Shown here: in pieces, positions 1 to 12,977 of the stretch
How the letters are laid out: the number at the start of each line of letters is the position of its first letter
Position numbering within the stretch: the first letter of the stretch is position 1
DNA from: Octopus sinensis
Lineage: Eukaryota
Assembly (NCBI RefSeq): GCF_006345805.1
Contig: NC_043010.1
Location: forward strand, 18,104,001-18,168,000
Direction: 5' to 3'
Length of the DNA stretch: 64,000 nucleotides
Position numbers and translations under genes: made by a program
The notes under the pieces: generated by a model
What the model was told of the DNA's origin: nothing
The model's database searches: none
What the model saw: the letters and a program-made list of their open reading frames with translations, nothing else

Positions 1-579
1 ACAGATTGGAAATTAAATTCCATGAAGGTGGTGTGAATATGTGTCCATATGTGTTTGCTTTGTGATCATAATGGCCTCCAGTTCAATCCCACTGACTGGA
101 ATCATGGACAAGTATCTTCTACCTTGGCCTCAAGTTGATCCAAATTTTTGTGTGTGAAATTGGGTCGATAGAAACTACATGGAAGCCTATGAGTTAGATT
201 GTCACTGTAATTCAACCTCATCGCTGGGCCTTGCTGATTCCCCTTGAAAATTATGTTTATGGAGGACTCACCTAAAATCCAGCGAGTGGAGAGTTCAGCA
301 CAAAATAAACGACTGAACAAGCTCCATCGTCTGTGTGTATGCATGCATGATGATGATGAATGTGGTGGTGGTGGTGGAGGAGGTGGTGATATTTGCATGT
401 TCTTATCTATATATCATCTGCTGTTTTTTTCTAATTCCAGGCAAAGCAAGGAAGCACAAGCCAAGAAATTCTATTGAAAACATTGTTTTTTGTTGGTTAT
501 TGTTTTTTTTTTTAACTCTCTCTCTTCTTCCATCTCAGTTGAATACTGTGTCTCTGGATGTTTGTGACTGAGACTATTT

Positions 580-627
<48 letters not shown>

Positions 628-1205
628 AACTGCAGAAGCATTTCATTTGGAAGTTGAAAGAGATATATGAGACAAAGCTGTAGGTTTTCATGTCTCACAG
701 CATGTGTGTGTGTTGTGTGCCTGGCTATAAGTCTATGTGTGTGTGTGTTATTTTGTTTTTTTTTATGGCAAATTGTATAAAAGAAATAAATAAAATGATA
801 ATAAAAGTATAAAATGTATTTTTAAAAACTAAATGACGATGTAAGGTTTGGGGTTGTGTTGATGAGAGGATGGTTGTATTGTGTGCATCTATGTAATGGT
901 GATGGATATCATTTCATAATTGGGTCTAACCACTGAGGAATAAATCTGTTTATACTAGACTAGATTTAAACACCAACCCATTCAAATGTCACTTTCCTAA
1001 GAATTCCTTAACCATCACTTCTCATTTATGTGGGTGGTCAGTCCCTGGCAATTGAGAAAGAGAATCCCAGTCTGTGATCTTGCTATACACCCCACCCCAA
1101 TCTGTTGTGTCTCCCCTTCTATACACACTAACCTCTGCTCTCTCTATACACCCCTTGCTCTTTGCTGAATCTCTAAACAAACAATTTAAGTTCATTTTCA
1201 TACAG

Positions 1206-1350
1206 TAAAAGACAGCAAAGCAACTTCCATGGTCAAGCGGTCACTCGTTCTTTGTGCAGTGTTCAGAGTGGATGGACGTGAAACAGGATTCATTACACTG
1301 GACTTGGTCAGTGACAAGAAGAGGAAATTGCTCCAGTCTATGGCAGAATG
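1206..1350 (+). CDS. Candidate internal coding exon (unidentified protein)
   Basis: Acceptor ttcattttcatacag|, donor ATG|gtaaaa. One open frame: KDSKATSMVKRSLVLCAVFRVDGRETGFITLDLVSDKKRKLLQSMAE. The minus strand also shows exon-like signals here, so strand is uncertain. No recognised homology. Confidence 0.35.
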
Positions 1351-3169
1351 GTAAAATGCATGAGAAAATAGTAAAAATGAAATTTCATCATTGTTTATCA
1401 TTTACCATTTCACTTGACACACGTCAGCCAACAAGGGTGCCTCAACATGGTTGCTTAGCCTGCTAGAAATAGCAGCGAAATATCCCACAAGTCACACTCA
1501 AGAAAATTTGGTCTTCAATATATATATATATAAACTAGATGGTCACAGTTGGAATGTCTTTAAGTTGGTTTGCTGAACGAGGAAGGACTTGTTGCTAAAC
1601 AATAACGAACACTGTTCAACAGGTGAGGCATAGATGTTCTGCAATACCTGTCCTGTCACGCTGCAGCTGAGCAGCCACTTTGCCAAAACCACAAACTATG
1701 CAATGTTGAAGCAGCCACCACCACCACCACCATTGTATCTAGACATACTACAGTACAACGTTGCCGTAACAATAACAGCAACCCCTGTTCTGACACTCCA
1801 TTGACCAGCATCTAGAAGCTGGGGCTGAACAATAATCGCTGCAGCCACAAAAGCACATTGTCATTGCTGCTGATACACCACACTCCAATACCACTCCTGA
1901 TACTATATACTGCTGTCACTGCACTCCAATACCACTGCTGATAGCATAGGGCCTTCGGTATTGCTGCTGATACACGACCGAACCCTACTGCTGACATCAC
2001 ACTGCAGAACCACTTCAATACTGTTACAGGCGTCAAACTTCAATAGCACTAATGACATACAACTTTTGAGAGAGGAGCAGGAGGGGACCGTGAAATAATG
2101 GAATCGAGCAAGTCTAATGTGGCTGAAAGAGAAGGGTCTGGATGTAGGTATGTACACACACACACACACATGTACTGTACATTATTTACACTTGTTTGCA
2201 GAACCATCAAGTACCTGGTTAATTACTGTGTAAACACACTGTGTTTATGAGGGTGTATAGACTCATTCACATGGACATACACATACCTAGTACATGGAAG
2301 TAAATATACACACACAAATGCACATTTGTATGTGTGTATGTGTATAGATATTATTTGTTTTCTCTGCATTGCTAAGCACAGGTATAGGTGAAGGAATGTT
2401 AAGAACATGAAATTACATTCACCTGAAAAACATCTCTCCTCTCACTAAAATATATTCTCTTTTCTTTTCACATTTATACCTTTCAAATATGTTTTAGAAA
2501 GGGTTTTTCTGAAATTTGAATTGCCTAAATTTTAAGCCTGTTTTATTTATTATTGTTTTGAATATGATGGAGAATTGGTAAAAGAGTTCTTGAGAAACTG
2601 CCATGCACAATTGTATTTAGTTGCACAGCTTCACCTCCAGTGTTTAACTCCTACATTGGTTGGAATTGAACTCCAATGTTTTCTCACTCACGAAAAATGT
2701 GGCCTTGCATCTAGGTTAGTAACGAATTTTATTAGTCTTGAAAGCCAGGGAATTCAGAATTGGGAGAATGGCAGAAGGGAATGATTTATGTTATTTAGCT
2801 TTTAACCTTTACATTGTGAGTTCAGATCCTACCAGCATCAAGATTTGCCTTTCACACTTTTCGCGTCAACAGAATAAAATAATGAAGTGATAGGTATACA
2901 TAATACATGAAATGTTCCCCTTCGTGCCTACCATGTTAGAAAAATAATCGTTGCTAGGTTTGTCACCTTTTATTATTTGTTTTCTCTGCATTGCTAAGCA
3001 CAGATTTGTGGTTTGGTTTTACAGTTTCCGATACATGTGCTTTAGGCATACACAAGTCCTGGGATTGGGGTTTATGTATTTGTCTGCTTGTTTTTTAATC
3101 ATTCCTAAAACACCTGTCATAGGATTGTTTGTTTCCACTCTCCACATTTCTCTGTTTTCAGGTCTTTAT

Positions 3170-3355
3170 CATCATCATCATCATCGTTTAACGTCCGCTT
3201 TCCATGCTAGCATGGGTTGGACGATTTTGACTGAGGGCTGGCGAACCAGATGGCTGCACCGGGCTCCAATCTTGATCTGGCAGAGTTTCTATGGCTGGAT
3301 GCTCTTCCTAATGCCAACCACTCCGAGAGTGTAGTGGGTGCTTTTTACGTGCCAC
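3170..3355 (-). mobile_element. 5'-truncated 3'UTR copy of the RTE-X-like LINE (GAT-tailed repeat)
   Basis: (cat)n-cgtttaacgtccgctttccatgctagcatgggttggacg...gatgcYcttcctaaYgccaaccactcc matches the 3' end of the LINE at 28314-29180. Further copies lie near 39380, 42985, 52480, 57790 (opposite strand), 58200 and 60960. Confidence 0.8.
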
Positions 3356-3394
3356 AATAATAATAGTAATAATAATAATGATGATGATGATGGA

Positions 3395-4230
3395 CTCTCT
3401 CATCGAAGACGATGTATGAATGTTCAACTTTTAACTTTGGTTAATTTCTTTGAGAGATATTTTATCCTATCTTGGAAATGATACTTCAGTTACCTCGTTT
3501 CCTAGTTGTCCTTGACAACAATATCTGGCTTATTATCATTGATCTCCCTTTGCTGTGTTACATGACATACCCCAGAGTATGATCCTCTTTATCATCCTCG
3601 CAGACCTTCCCTATTGCATCCCTTTTCTGTTATTATTTCAAAATAACTTCTAATGTACATAAGCTTCAACTCTGCAATGCCTGCAGCTGTGTTCCTTCTT
3701 GACTGAGACTGAGCAGCAATCACTAAACATATCAAAGAAGCACGTTCTGGTCCTTAGTAACCCAACAAAAATCCTCAAATGATGAAGATTTTAAGCCTTC
3801 AGAGAGGATCTGTCTTGGTTTCTCTCCATTTATATCATTTGTCAAAAGAATATTTTGAAGATTGGGATTTCCTATATGGGATCAGGAAATACTTCAGCCC
3901 TGGTCATTGACTGACACTTGGCAAAACTAAAAAGTTACCCATTCAAGGGTTACTGCCCACATATCGAGGGTGGTTCTGTGACCACACTTCAAAAATGGAC
4001 ATTTACCCAGGCTTACAACTATTTTCCTCTTTCTGTCCATGTTCTTCTCAACTAGCATTTCTTCATATATCCTCTTAACTTATTTGATGCACTTTTCTCT
4101 CTTTACCCTTACTGTTTCTCATGCCAAACTTGTTTGCTAAATAATTCTTATATAGTCATTTCCTGCAGCCCTTCAAATCTTTTCTGGCCTTTCTTCTTTC
4201 CTAAAAGCATCAACATATTGAAAGATTTGA
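3395..4230 (-). mobile_element. Decayed R4/Dong-like (RLE-type) non-LTR retrotransposon, 3' part
   Basis: Minus-strand fragments SEGLKSSSFEDFCWVTKDQNVL and IILWGM...EINDNKPDIVVKD resemble R4-clade GLKxETEGFxxAAQDQ and ILWD..TDRxIxANxPDIV motifs. Many stops and frameshifts. Confidence 0.65.
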
Positions 4231-5164
4231 ATGTAAAAATTCACCCATTCTAAGGACAGTTCTGAAAAGCAATCGTATTACTAACATTTTACAATCTACT
4301 TACAATTATTAACTGTACTTTGATAGTTTTTATTAAAGTTTTTCAAAAGTCATATGTGGCCTGCTAGATCGATCTGCTAATAAGTGTGTCGGCTGTGTGC
4401 AAGAAATATGACATACCATGAAGCACATAGCAGAGTAGTTTGTTGTCTTAGATTAGTAAATACACAAACTGTTCGTCTGGTGGTGTAGGCTTGCAAAATG
4501 CATTTGTTGTTAGCTCTACATACGAGGATCAGTTCCAAATAAATAATTTAGCCAAGAGAGGTGTGTGGTCTGTCTTCACTGAAACTGATGATGGCCAACT
4601 AAATTGAAATCACATAGATTCAGCTATGAAACCCATATGTTCTGCTTGGGGATTATAAACCCAAGATTGTTTGGGATTAAATTTCCATATTTGTGAAACA
4701 AAAAAATAGGGAATAGCAAACTGGTTTTGCGTGATAGACAATGGTGTGAAAAAGGGTCAGGAATTGCTAGCATATAAAGCAGTGATATACATTTAAAAAT
4801 AAATGAGAAAAGGAGTGAATGTTTTTGAATGAGAATGTAAAGAAGATTATAACAACTCTGAAAAACCAAAAAGAATAAAAGAGCCTTGTGATGTGATTTC
4901 TTTATATACCAATTCTATTGCAAGAATTGTTTCAGTGGAAAAAAGACAAAATCAGGGCTATGTAGAAAGTTTGGAGGAAGAAATAATCTGTTTGGGCCAC
5001 CATAGTTTAATGATAATTCTGTGTGCATCTTGGTTCACCAAATTCGAAAGAGACACCATGCGAACACTAAGCACTATAATTTAGGAAGCTTTAGTTACTG
5101 TTGTGGAGGAATTTATTATGAATTGGCCACAAATATAATCCAGGTATGTTAGCAACTTCTCTTT

Positions 5165-5525
5165 TACCTTTCTACTTGTTTCAGTCAACAGACTGTGGCC
5201 ATGCTGGGGCACTGCCTTGAAGAATTTTTGTCAAATGAATCAACCCCAGTATTTTTTTTTTCCTTTTTAAACCTGGTGCATATTCTATCAGTCCCTTTTA
5301 CCAAACTGCTAAGTTACAAAGTGAAATCACACCAACACCAATTGTCAAACAAAGACATGCATATATATGATGGGCTTCTTTCAGTTTCCGTCTACCAAAT
5401 CCACTCACAAGGCTTTGGTTGGCCTAGGGCTCTAGTAGAAGACACTTGCCCAAGTGCCATGCTATGGGACTGAACCCAAGATCATGTGGTTGGGAAGCAA
5501 ATTTCTTGCCACAGCCACACCTGCG
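5165..5525 (-). mobile_element. tRNA-derived SINE with CORE-like gcaccttgggcaagtgtctt segment plus 3' module
   Basis: Reverse complement of the family whose + copy is at 52907-53300. Other copies lie near 25-190, 7430, 15725, 32955, 35010, 41278, 56238 and 57425. Confidence 0.75.
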
Positions 5526-6579
5526 TCTAGGATTCTAAAACTCAGAATTTACTGGAACGACAAAGTTCTTGCCTTTTGCTTGAGACAGCCACCAACAACA
5601 ACAACAACAACAAGCATTCTATGTAGAATCACTTTTCTGGGTTTTTTTTTTTTTGTAATTATACTTTCCATTTGAAGCATACATTTTGATAACAATGTCT
5701 TCATTCTGTCCCCTATCTGCTCTGATGGGCTCATATTTACCTTTAGTGGAGCCTCAACTCTCTGATACGTTACAGACTTTATTCTCACCAAACACTGAAG
5801 ATGAAAATGTAACTGAAGCAAGCTGAGAACAAATAGGCTTGCTTAGTTTGTTAGTAAAATGAAAAGATTAAAACATATTTCTGTATTTATTTGATTAAAT
5901 TGCCTTTCCTTTCCTTTTTCTTTTAATCCTAAAGTTCTTAGCATTCATTTACAAATGCTGTTTCAATCTAGTTGGATGTCATCAGTACAATGCAGTGAGG
6001 AATCTTGGGTCTAATTTCAATGGATTAAATTATTAATTTTATAAGTGAAAGATGGATGGGGAAGGTACATAATGGAAGCATTTGGAGGAAATCCGTATCA
6101 TCCATTGTTTATTAGTAGTGAGAGAGAGAAAGAGCGGTAGCAGTAAACTTAAAATTTGTGACTTACATATCAGTTGAAATGTTATTCAGAACAATTTGTC
6201 CTTCCTGTCAATATAACTGTTGTAGTTTGTTGTTTTAATGCAATTACAAACGTATCATTGTTCAACTGTCAGAAACATTTGATTCCATTTCCTCTGATGT
6301 TTTCCTACACATTCTCCTCTGTAGAGGTTTGGCCAGTGATTTCCTCATCCATTCATGCATTCAAAACTTCTGTTGCACATTTTGGAGATTCACAGTTTTT
6401 TTCAGTTTTTGACGAGGGAGAGGATCGTCTCACCAAGAATACAAGGTTTTTGTTTTTCATTAATGAAGTAAAAGGGAATAAAATATTTCACCTTTGTGCA
6501 TATTTTTTCTTTTTAATCTTCTTCTTAAAATGTTCAAATTTGCATATTTTTGTAAGCCAGATTATTATTATTATTTGAA

Positions 6580-6987
6580 AGGCTGTGGGCTGGCAGAATC
6601 ATTAGCACCCTGGGCAAGATGCTTAGAGGCATTTCATCCGTCTTTACATTCTCTGAATTAAAATTCTGCCGAGGTTGACTTAGCCTTTCATCTTTTGGGG
6701 ATTGATAAAATAAGAGCCAGCAAAGTACTGGGGGTCAATATAATCGACTCTTCCCCCCCCCTCCCCACAAAATTTCAAGCCTTGTGCCAGAAAGAATTAT
6801 TATTACAGCATGCTGGGCAAAATGCTTAGTGGTGTTTTGTCCATCTGCATGTTCAAATTCCACGAGGTCGACTTTGCCTTTCATTCTTTCGGGGTCAATA
6901 AATTAAGTACCAGTGAACCACTGGGGTCGATGTAATCGACTCATCCCCTTTCCCAAAATTGCTGCCCTTGTGGCAAAATCTGAAACC
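6580..6987 (+). mobile_element. Two tandem copies of tRNA-derived SINE family A
   Basis: A-box-like gggctggcagaatcattagc and B-box-like gttcaaattcc, followed by gtcgactttgcctttcat...aagtaccag body. Confidence 0.8.
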
Positions 6988-7780
6988 ATTATTATTATTA
7001 TTCTCCAAGTGATCCTTGTTAATCAGCTTCACCCATTTAATTATTGCAAATACTCCTGCCATTATATCTTCTACCTGTAGTCCCATAACTTTGCAATGCA
7101 CTCGTTTAACCTCGCCTGTGGACAGTTGAGCTGTTGGTACTTCTTGAGCCCTGGTTTGCTTTGAATTTGCAAGAATTTTAGGTGCTTCCTATTTGATTAT
7201 CTAAAGAGGAGTAGGAGGCTATCTCTTATAAGCTCTTGCTTTCACTTGTATTGAAAACTTGTCCTTGCCATTAAACAACAAGTATTCCAAGTTGAAAAGA
7301 ACAATTTGAAAGATATTTAGATTTCTAATAAGATGCAATATTGTCAAACTGCTGTGGACAGGAGAATCAGTGGAATCTCTGAGAGCAGCCTAATACTTGT
7401 TTTATGCCTGTACACATGGTCTTGTAATACTGGATGGCTAGATGGTTAAGAAGTTTGCTTTGCAATCATGAGATATTCAGTTCAAGCTCTCTACTTGGTA
7501 CTCTGAGCAATGACTTGTGCCATAACCTCAGCTTTCTGAATGAAATTGAGTTGAATGGAAACTGGAAACAAATGAGGTGGGATTGTGTGTGTAATGTAAC
7601 GATCCAGTTGACAATTGTGATGAGAGTACATGTCTGTGGAGTACTCAGCCACTTGCATGTTAATTCAATGAGTATTCAGTAACTCAGTTGATTGGGTTAC
7701 TCATGAGGGGTCGATGTGCAGTGTAAACCGTCTCTAGATACCGTGTCTAGTAATTGGAGCTCAATGCTAGAAGCAAATAG

Positions 7781-7943
7781 CAGAGAATATAAATTTACCC
7801 CCAAATATTAAAACCCAAACAACCAAAGATTCAGCAGAGATAAGGAAAAGCTGGACTTCTGTGAAAGGAATTCAATTTGATGAAATCCCAAACAGTTTGA
7901 TCAGTTATTGCCCATCAAAAATGCACTCGTTAAGACAGTCCTG
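7781..7943 (+). CDS. Candidate exon (weak)
   Basis: 53-codon open frame ENINLPPNIKTQ...CPSKMHSLRQS ending TG|gtaaaa. Phase-compatible with 9252 (joined reading ...QSWRKKLVIACEEW). The acceptor lacks a pyrimidine tract, and it could be a very old LINE relic. Confidence 0.2.
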
Positions 7944-8440
7944 GTAAAAGCATATATAATGAATTTTGGTCAGAACACATTAAACCCTGATTGCAAAATA
8001 TCTCTTCACAAATAAACTATTGTAGCACCCTCATAACTCATTGCAAGAGCAACCAATCACGTCATTTCTTTCCATCTTATAAAATTTTATTTTACTAGTT
8101 GCCAGGGAAATTTCTTCTGTTGACAAATCTAAAACATTTAACATTTGATATTTCATAAACTTTGGTGTACAATTTTAGTATATAAAGATTTTAATTCCTT
8201 CTTTGTTGTTTGTATTCATATTTTAAACTTTTTCTTTTGTTTTAGTTCAGTATTTGTGGCTTGCCTTCATTTTTATGAAAAACAAAGTATAAGAGATAAA
8301 ATTAATTTAAATATTATGAGGCTTCACTGTAGATCTAATGAAAGTGTAAATGTATACTACACTACTGATGTGCAGAAAAAAAAAGAAGAGGGGGAGAATA
8401 TTCTGACTGACTATTTCGTGGTTTGTTGACTGCTCCTCAG

Positions 8441-8476
8441 AGAAGACACAGTTTCTGTCTCCAGTTAGCTTCTATA
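8441..8476 (+). CDS. Candidate 36-nt symmetric exon
   Basis: gactgctcctcag|AGAAGA...TCTATA|gtaagc. Length is divisible by 3; open frames RRHSFCLQLASI or KTQFLSPVSFY. Confidence 0.3.
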
Positions 8477-8799
8477 GTAAGCAGTCATAAATTAAGCTAG
8501 TACAGTTGTGGATAGCCTAATTTCCATATTTGTGCTTTGTCAGCTTGACATTAATTAAACAATATCCATATTATGCAACACTCAGAAGAATTGAAATAAA
8601 TATTATAAAACCTCGTTATGGGTTAAATAGTTCTGTAATTACACTATAATATTCTTTTGTACAAAAACATTAATACTGTAGACAGTATGTGTTTACATTC
8701 TTATTCATCTCACTGTAAAGTTTTATATTTAAATTTATTTCTAGATTTTCACTGTGTTGTGCATAGACAAATATCGTTTAATTAATGACTAGTACTATA

Positions 8800-8827
8800 A
8801 CCCAGCAACGCCGGGTCATAGTGCTAG
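8800..8827 (+). mobile_element. Helitron-type 3' terminus
   Basis: Hairpin acccagc-aac-gccgggt (8800-8816, one mismatch), 7-nt spacer, then CTAG (8824-8827) followed by T. This is the canonical Helitron 3' end. Confidence 0.65.
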
Positions 8828-8895
8828 TGCATGCATATACAGCTGTGTGCGCACGTATATGCGAGTACTGTCCAAATCTCCGACCAATCACATAC

Positions 8896-9160
8896 AGCTA
8901 GCTGGCATTCAATTGGCGTATCAAGTTTCGGACATTTTGATTGGGTTTTGGATAGAAAATTCGCAAAAAAGTCACTTCTATTGATTTTTTAATGGCTTTG
9001 CGAGGTGACTGGGGAAATGTAAAGATGTGCACGACCACCCTTGGACGGTTTTGAATGACCATAGAAAGTGCGAGCCCTCTAACTGAAAAATTGTGGATTT
9101 GTATAAAAGATACACACACACACAGACAGACATTTTGCCGTTTATATATAGAGAGATGAA
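8896..9160 (+). mobile_element. Non-autonomous Helentron/HINE (DINE-1-like) element
   Basis: Begins ctagctg, has an (AC)n-cagacagac segment near the end and terminates tatatatagagagat, the DINE-1-like end architecture. Confidence 0.45.
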
Positions 9161-9251
9161 CTGCAAAACGCACAAATATGCAAATTAAGCTATCCACAAA
9201 TGTCTTAGCTTAATTTACGACTGCTCAATGGTCTGCGTATCTTATTGACAG

Positions 9252-9331
9252 GAGAAAGAAACTAGTTATAGCTTGTGAGGAGTGGTTAACAACCCATGAA
9301 ACAGTCTCTCATGAGACTTTCTCTCCTCTCA
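9252..9331 (+). CDS. Candidate exon
   Basis: cttattgacag|G AGA AAG... reads RKKLVIACEEWLTTHETVSHETFSPL; donor A|gtaatc is moderate. Confidence 0.25.
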
Positions 9332-9939
9332 GTAATCCAGAGGGAATGTGTTTGCATTATACTATCCAGATTTTAGTTCTTCTGATTCACACTGTTATGC
9401 ATAAATAGACAACTTTAAAAAAACATTATATTCTTAAGTGAACAAAATTATCTTTATAGCATTTATTTTAGTGGAATTTGTTTTAAATTGAAGCAGTGGG
9501 AAGCAATTGTTCCCAAATGTCATATGAATCAACAAAAGGGTAAACCGCATTTTCTGTTATTTGGATTGGTGGAATTGCAAGAAATTTTAAAAGCCACGGG
9601 GCTTTAAATAGTTAAGGAGAAAATAACTGATTAATTATAAATCAATTATCAACTTTGAAGGAAGAACTCTACTGATGTACACAGAATAGAAAAAAAAAAT
9701 CTTTGGAAATACAGGGATATTTAATTCCACATGCCAATAACAAAGCCTGTGGACCAGATGGAATTCTAAATTGCAGGCAAAAATTAAAAATCTTATAACA
9801 AGCAACTTCTTTCAATAATAATATCACAAATCACTCAATTCAAACACTTTCTTAATTCTTTTATGCTGTCAATAATAAGTGCAGAATAACTGCACCTCCA
9901 TTTTGTTCAGTGAGAGCTCAAATTTAAAACTAGTTTTTC

Positions 9940-10340
9940 AGGTTTAAAGAGAACTAAGAGACCTGTTTAGAAACACTTCGGGTTAGGGGACAGCAAAGAA
10001 ATGTATCAAAGAGCTAAAGAAAAAAGCTAAACATCATGTATATATAGTAGAAGGAGAAGTAAAAAGAAAGAGGTTTCTACATGTTCTGTGATATGAGGAT
10101 ATTCTGGATTATTAAAAGAGTAAAAGAGAGAATTAAGATGTTTTAGTGGGGTGGAGTAAGAGAATGGTAATAAACACATTTGCTCGTACAAATGGATGAA
10201 AATAAAATAAGTAAAGACAGAATACTATGAGATGTTGAATTTAGAAATGAGAGAAAGTCCACCTGAAGTAGACTCAACAGAGGAACCAACCTTTCGAGTG
10301 AACAGTACTGGAGACTGGACAATTAAGGATATGAAGACAG
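9940..10340 (+). mobile_element. Decayed RTE-X-like LINE ORF2 (linker upstream of RT)
   Basis: Fragments GDSKEMYQRAKEKAKHHVYI.. and ESPPEVDSTEEPTFRVNST..TIKDMKT resemble the region before KAPGPSG. Same family as 55140-55620. Confidence 0.6.
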
Positions 10341-10489
10341 TGGCTGTTGAATTTATAATCTGAATACAGAAGCTTGAGGGTTTTGAAGCAGTTGTCCATT
10401 GTAATTCTCTTGTGCTTCGATTTTCAAAGAGATATTCCCATCAGCAAGGACAGCTGACCTCTTGTCATCGTCGGCAGCGACTTTAACTT

Positions 10490-11570
10490 GTATATTAGTA
10501 GTGATTAAGCCTCTTCGTCTTGATGGGTGTGAAAGGTACCTGAGGCGACTGTTCAGGTCAAGACGAATGGGCGGGAGTGGATGCATTTATCGCAGGGGAG
10601 AGCTGGTGGGAGGTGAAGAAGTGTGAGTCGCTCTTTGCGTCTTCGACGTCTGATCCCTGCCTCTTGGCATCTGTTATTTTCCATCCGGTCTGTTCCTTCG
10701 ACGACGACATGCCACCAGTCCTCGGCGATGGTCTCCAAGGTATTTGGGTCAATGGAGCAGCGGAGAAGAGTGGCCTTGGGCTGGTCATGGAAACGGAATT
10801 TGGAAACTCTGCATGGTCTGGTGCTTGAGGCCAACTCCACAAAGAGGAGTTGACGGAAAAGGCGCCTTTCAGGGGCACGTATGATGTGTCCCGACCAGCG
10901 GAGGCGGTGTCGTGCCATGATGGCTTCAATACTGTGGTGGTCCGACCCGGAACAGAACCTCTTCATTGGTAGTGTAGCCTTTCCATCAAATCCTCGTGAT
11001 TGCGTGAAATTTGTGCTGTTGGAAACGTTCAGTTTTCTTCAAGTCCCGTTAGTACAACACCCACGTCTCCACCGTAAAGGAGAGGGGAAAGTACGACAGC
11101 TTGGAATACTACTACTTTCGTTTGGATGGTGAGGTGGTTTGGGTAGACCCATTTAGAGAGTCTTCCGAAAGCAGGATGGGCCGCACTGATCCAATTCTCG
11201 ATGTCTTTCTGCATGGTGCAATCGCTGGACAGGTAGTTCTGAGGTATGAGAAAGTCTCCACAGTTCCCAGGACAGTGTCACATAGCCTTGTGTCATTGTT
11301 GTCAGAGGGATGTTGACTGGAGGGGGGGGGGCGATCTCCATGCAAGAATCTTCGTCTTCATTACGTTTGTGGCCAGACCAAAGCAGGTATACAAATAGCT
11401 GACCCCTATGACTATACATACCTTTTCCTTGCCAGGCCCAAACAACGATATCCGACCTGTTACGTTTGCACTTGCTAAAGGTTTCCATGGGAATGTTCCA
11501 CCAATACTTCTTGTGTTGATGCTTATGTAAGCAGGGGGGGGGTCTCCATATGTATCCCAGTACAATCAAT
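10490..11570 (-). mobile_element. RTE LINE, 5'-truncated (end of RT to 3' end)
   Basis: DIENWISAAHPAFGRLSK..TKVVVFQAVVLSPLLYG, HRLRWSGHIIRAPERRLFRQLLFVEL and a terminal Cys/His tail. Frameshifted. Confidence 0.9.
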
Positions 11571-11769
11571 TGGGGGTGGGGTCGGGGTATAGCATTGTAT
11601 ATTGTTTTAGCAACAGCATCCTATTACATAGGGAGGCAGTCCCTTGACATTTTTCAGCAGCTGCTGATCACATGTGTAATGTCTTCCTCGGAAATATGGA
11701 TTAAGCCATTTTTCTGATTGCATCTTGAAGTTTCCACGGCTTCACTGTCTCTTTTGTTTATCTGTTTGT

Positions 11770-11998
11770 TTGTATGTATGTATGTATGTTTGTATGTATG
11801 TGTGTGTGTGTAATGTATGTATGTGTGTGTGTATGTATGTATGTATGTATGTGTGTATTTGTATGTGTGTGTGTGTATGTATGTATGTGTGTGTGTATGT
11901 ATGTATGTCTGTCTATGCATGTATGTATGTGTGTCTATGTCTGTATATGTATGTGTGTGTCTATGTCTGTATATGCATGTGTGTGTGTCGCGCGCGTG
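11770..11998. repeat. Compound (TATG)n/(TG)n microsatellite
   Basis: Direct reading; it produces the VCMY/HTY pseudo-ORFs. Confidence 0.95.
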
Positions 11999-12056
11999 TG
12001 CTTTCATGAAACAAAGAGGGTAAATCCAACTCAAGGTCGGTAACTCTCGTTAACAG

Positions 12057-12128
12057 AAAGAAGATGAATCTCGGTCTGTTTCGATATTTTTATTCGCCAT
12101 TCTCTTGGCTACAACTTCGCTCTGTTGA
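12057..12128 (+). CDS. Candidate 72-nt exon
   Basis: taactctcgttaacag|AAAGAAGATG...GTTGA|gtgagt; open frame KKMNLGLFRYFYSPFSWLQLRSV. Unique, CpG-containing sequence. Confidence 0.35.
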   Translation, partial: KEDESRSVSIFLFAILLATTSLC

Positions 12129-12977
12129 GTGAGTGTGCCAGGCAGATCGAGTTGGTTTTAACTCATTTGGAAGTTGCTGTATGATGTAGAGGCCATTGGT
12201 GCGATCGAGTGTGCTCTTTGAGGTGTGTGTGTGTGTGTGTGTGTGTTTAGCCCCAGGTTAACTCTGATCAAATAGACCTATGGTGAAAGACATTCCACTC
12301 TGGACCATCCTGTCTTTTTAAGGGTAACTAGGAATACATTGTCCAATGGATCCTCTTTTTAAAGAATTTGGGTAGAGTTGGTGTGTATTTGTAGCTGGTC
12401 GGGCGATCACGTAGGTGTAGGCTTTCTATGATTTGAAGGAGATTTGCCTGTTATTTCTAACAAGTCAAACGACCTCATCAAGTAAAACGATAGAAATTAT
12501 TGAGGTAAAACACAAGAATATTTCTTTTCTTTTATTTTTAAAAGACGAAAATTGGGAAGTAGATTGACAGAATCGGTAGAGTGTGAGAGGTAAAAAAAAA
12601 AATGCCTTGCGTTATTTGTGGCAGCTCTATATTTCTGGGTTCAAACCCTGCTGAGGGAAACTTTGTTTTTCACCCTTTCGAGGTTCACAAAAATAAGTTC
12701 CAGACAAGAACTGATGTCGATCGGTATCTTCTTAGGCACTTCCTTCAAAATTGCTGACCTTCTGTCTAAATTAGTAACCATTATTAAAAGACGGGACTAG
12801 GACGGTGGTTTGGTATATTTTCGTACCACAATCAAGATTATTCCACGATAAACGAAGCCGTCCTGCACTTCTTTCTTTTCTTTTCTAACTTCCTGAACGT
12901 TAGAAGTGAGTATCCCGTTGTTCAACGTCTGATTAAAAAAGCAACCCCACTCTCAAACTGAAGATGGGCAATAATAA

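Noticed and set aside
2030-2147. Exon with strong gtatgt donor whose internal TAA might be recoded by A-to-I editing
   Set aside because: All three frames have stops, the phase does not join neighbouring candidates, and nothing in the sequence supports editing.
4580-4620. Hammerhead core CTGATGA...GAAA
   Set aside because: Helix II and helix III pairing cannot be formed convincingly.
9700-9790. Exon GYLIPHANNKACGPDGI
   Set aside because: No GT donor, and KACGPDGI resembles the LINE KAPGPDG motif.
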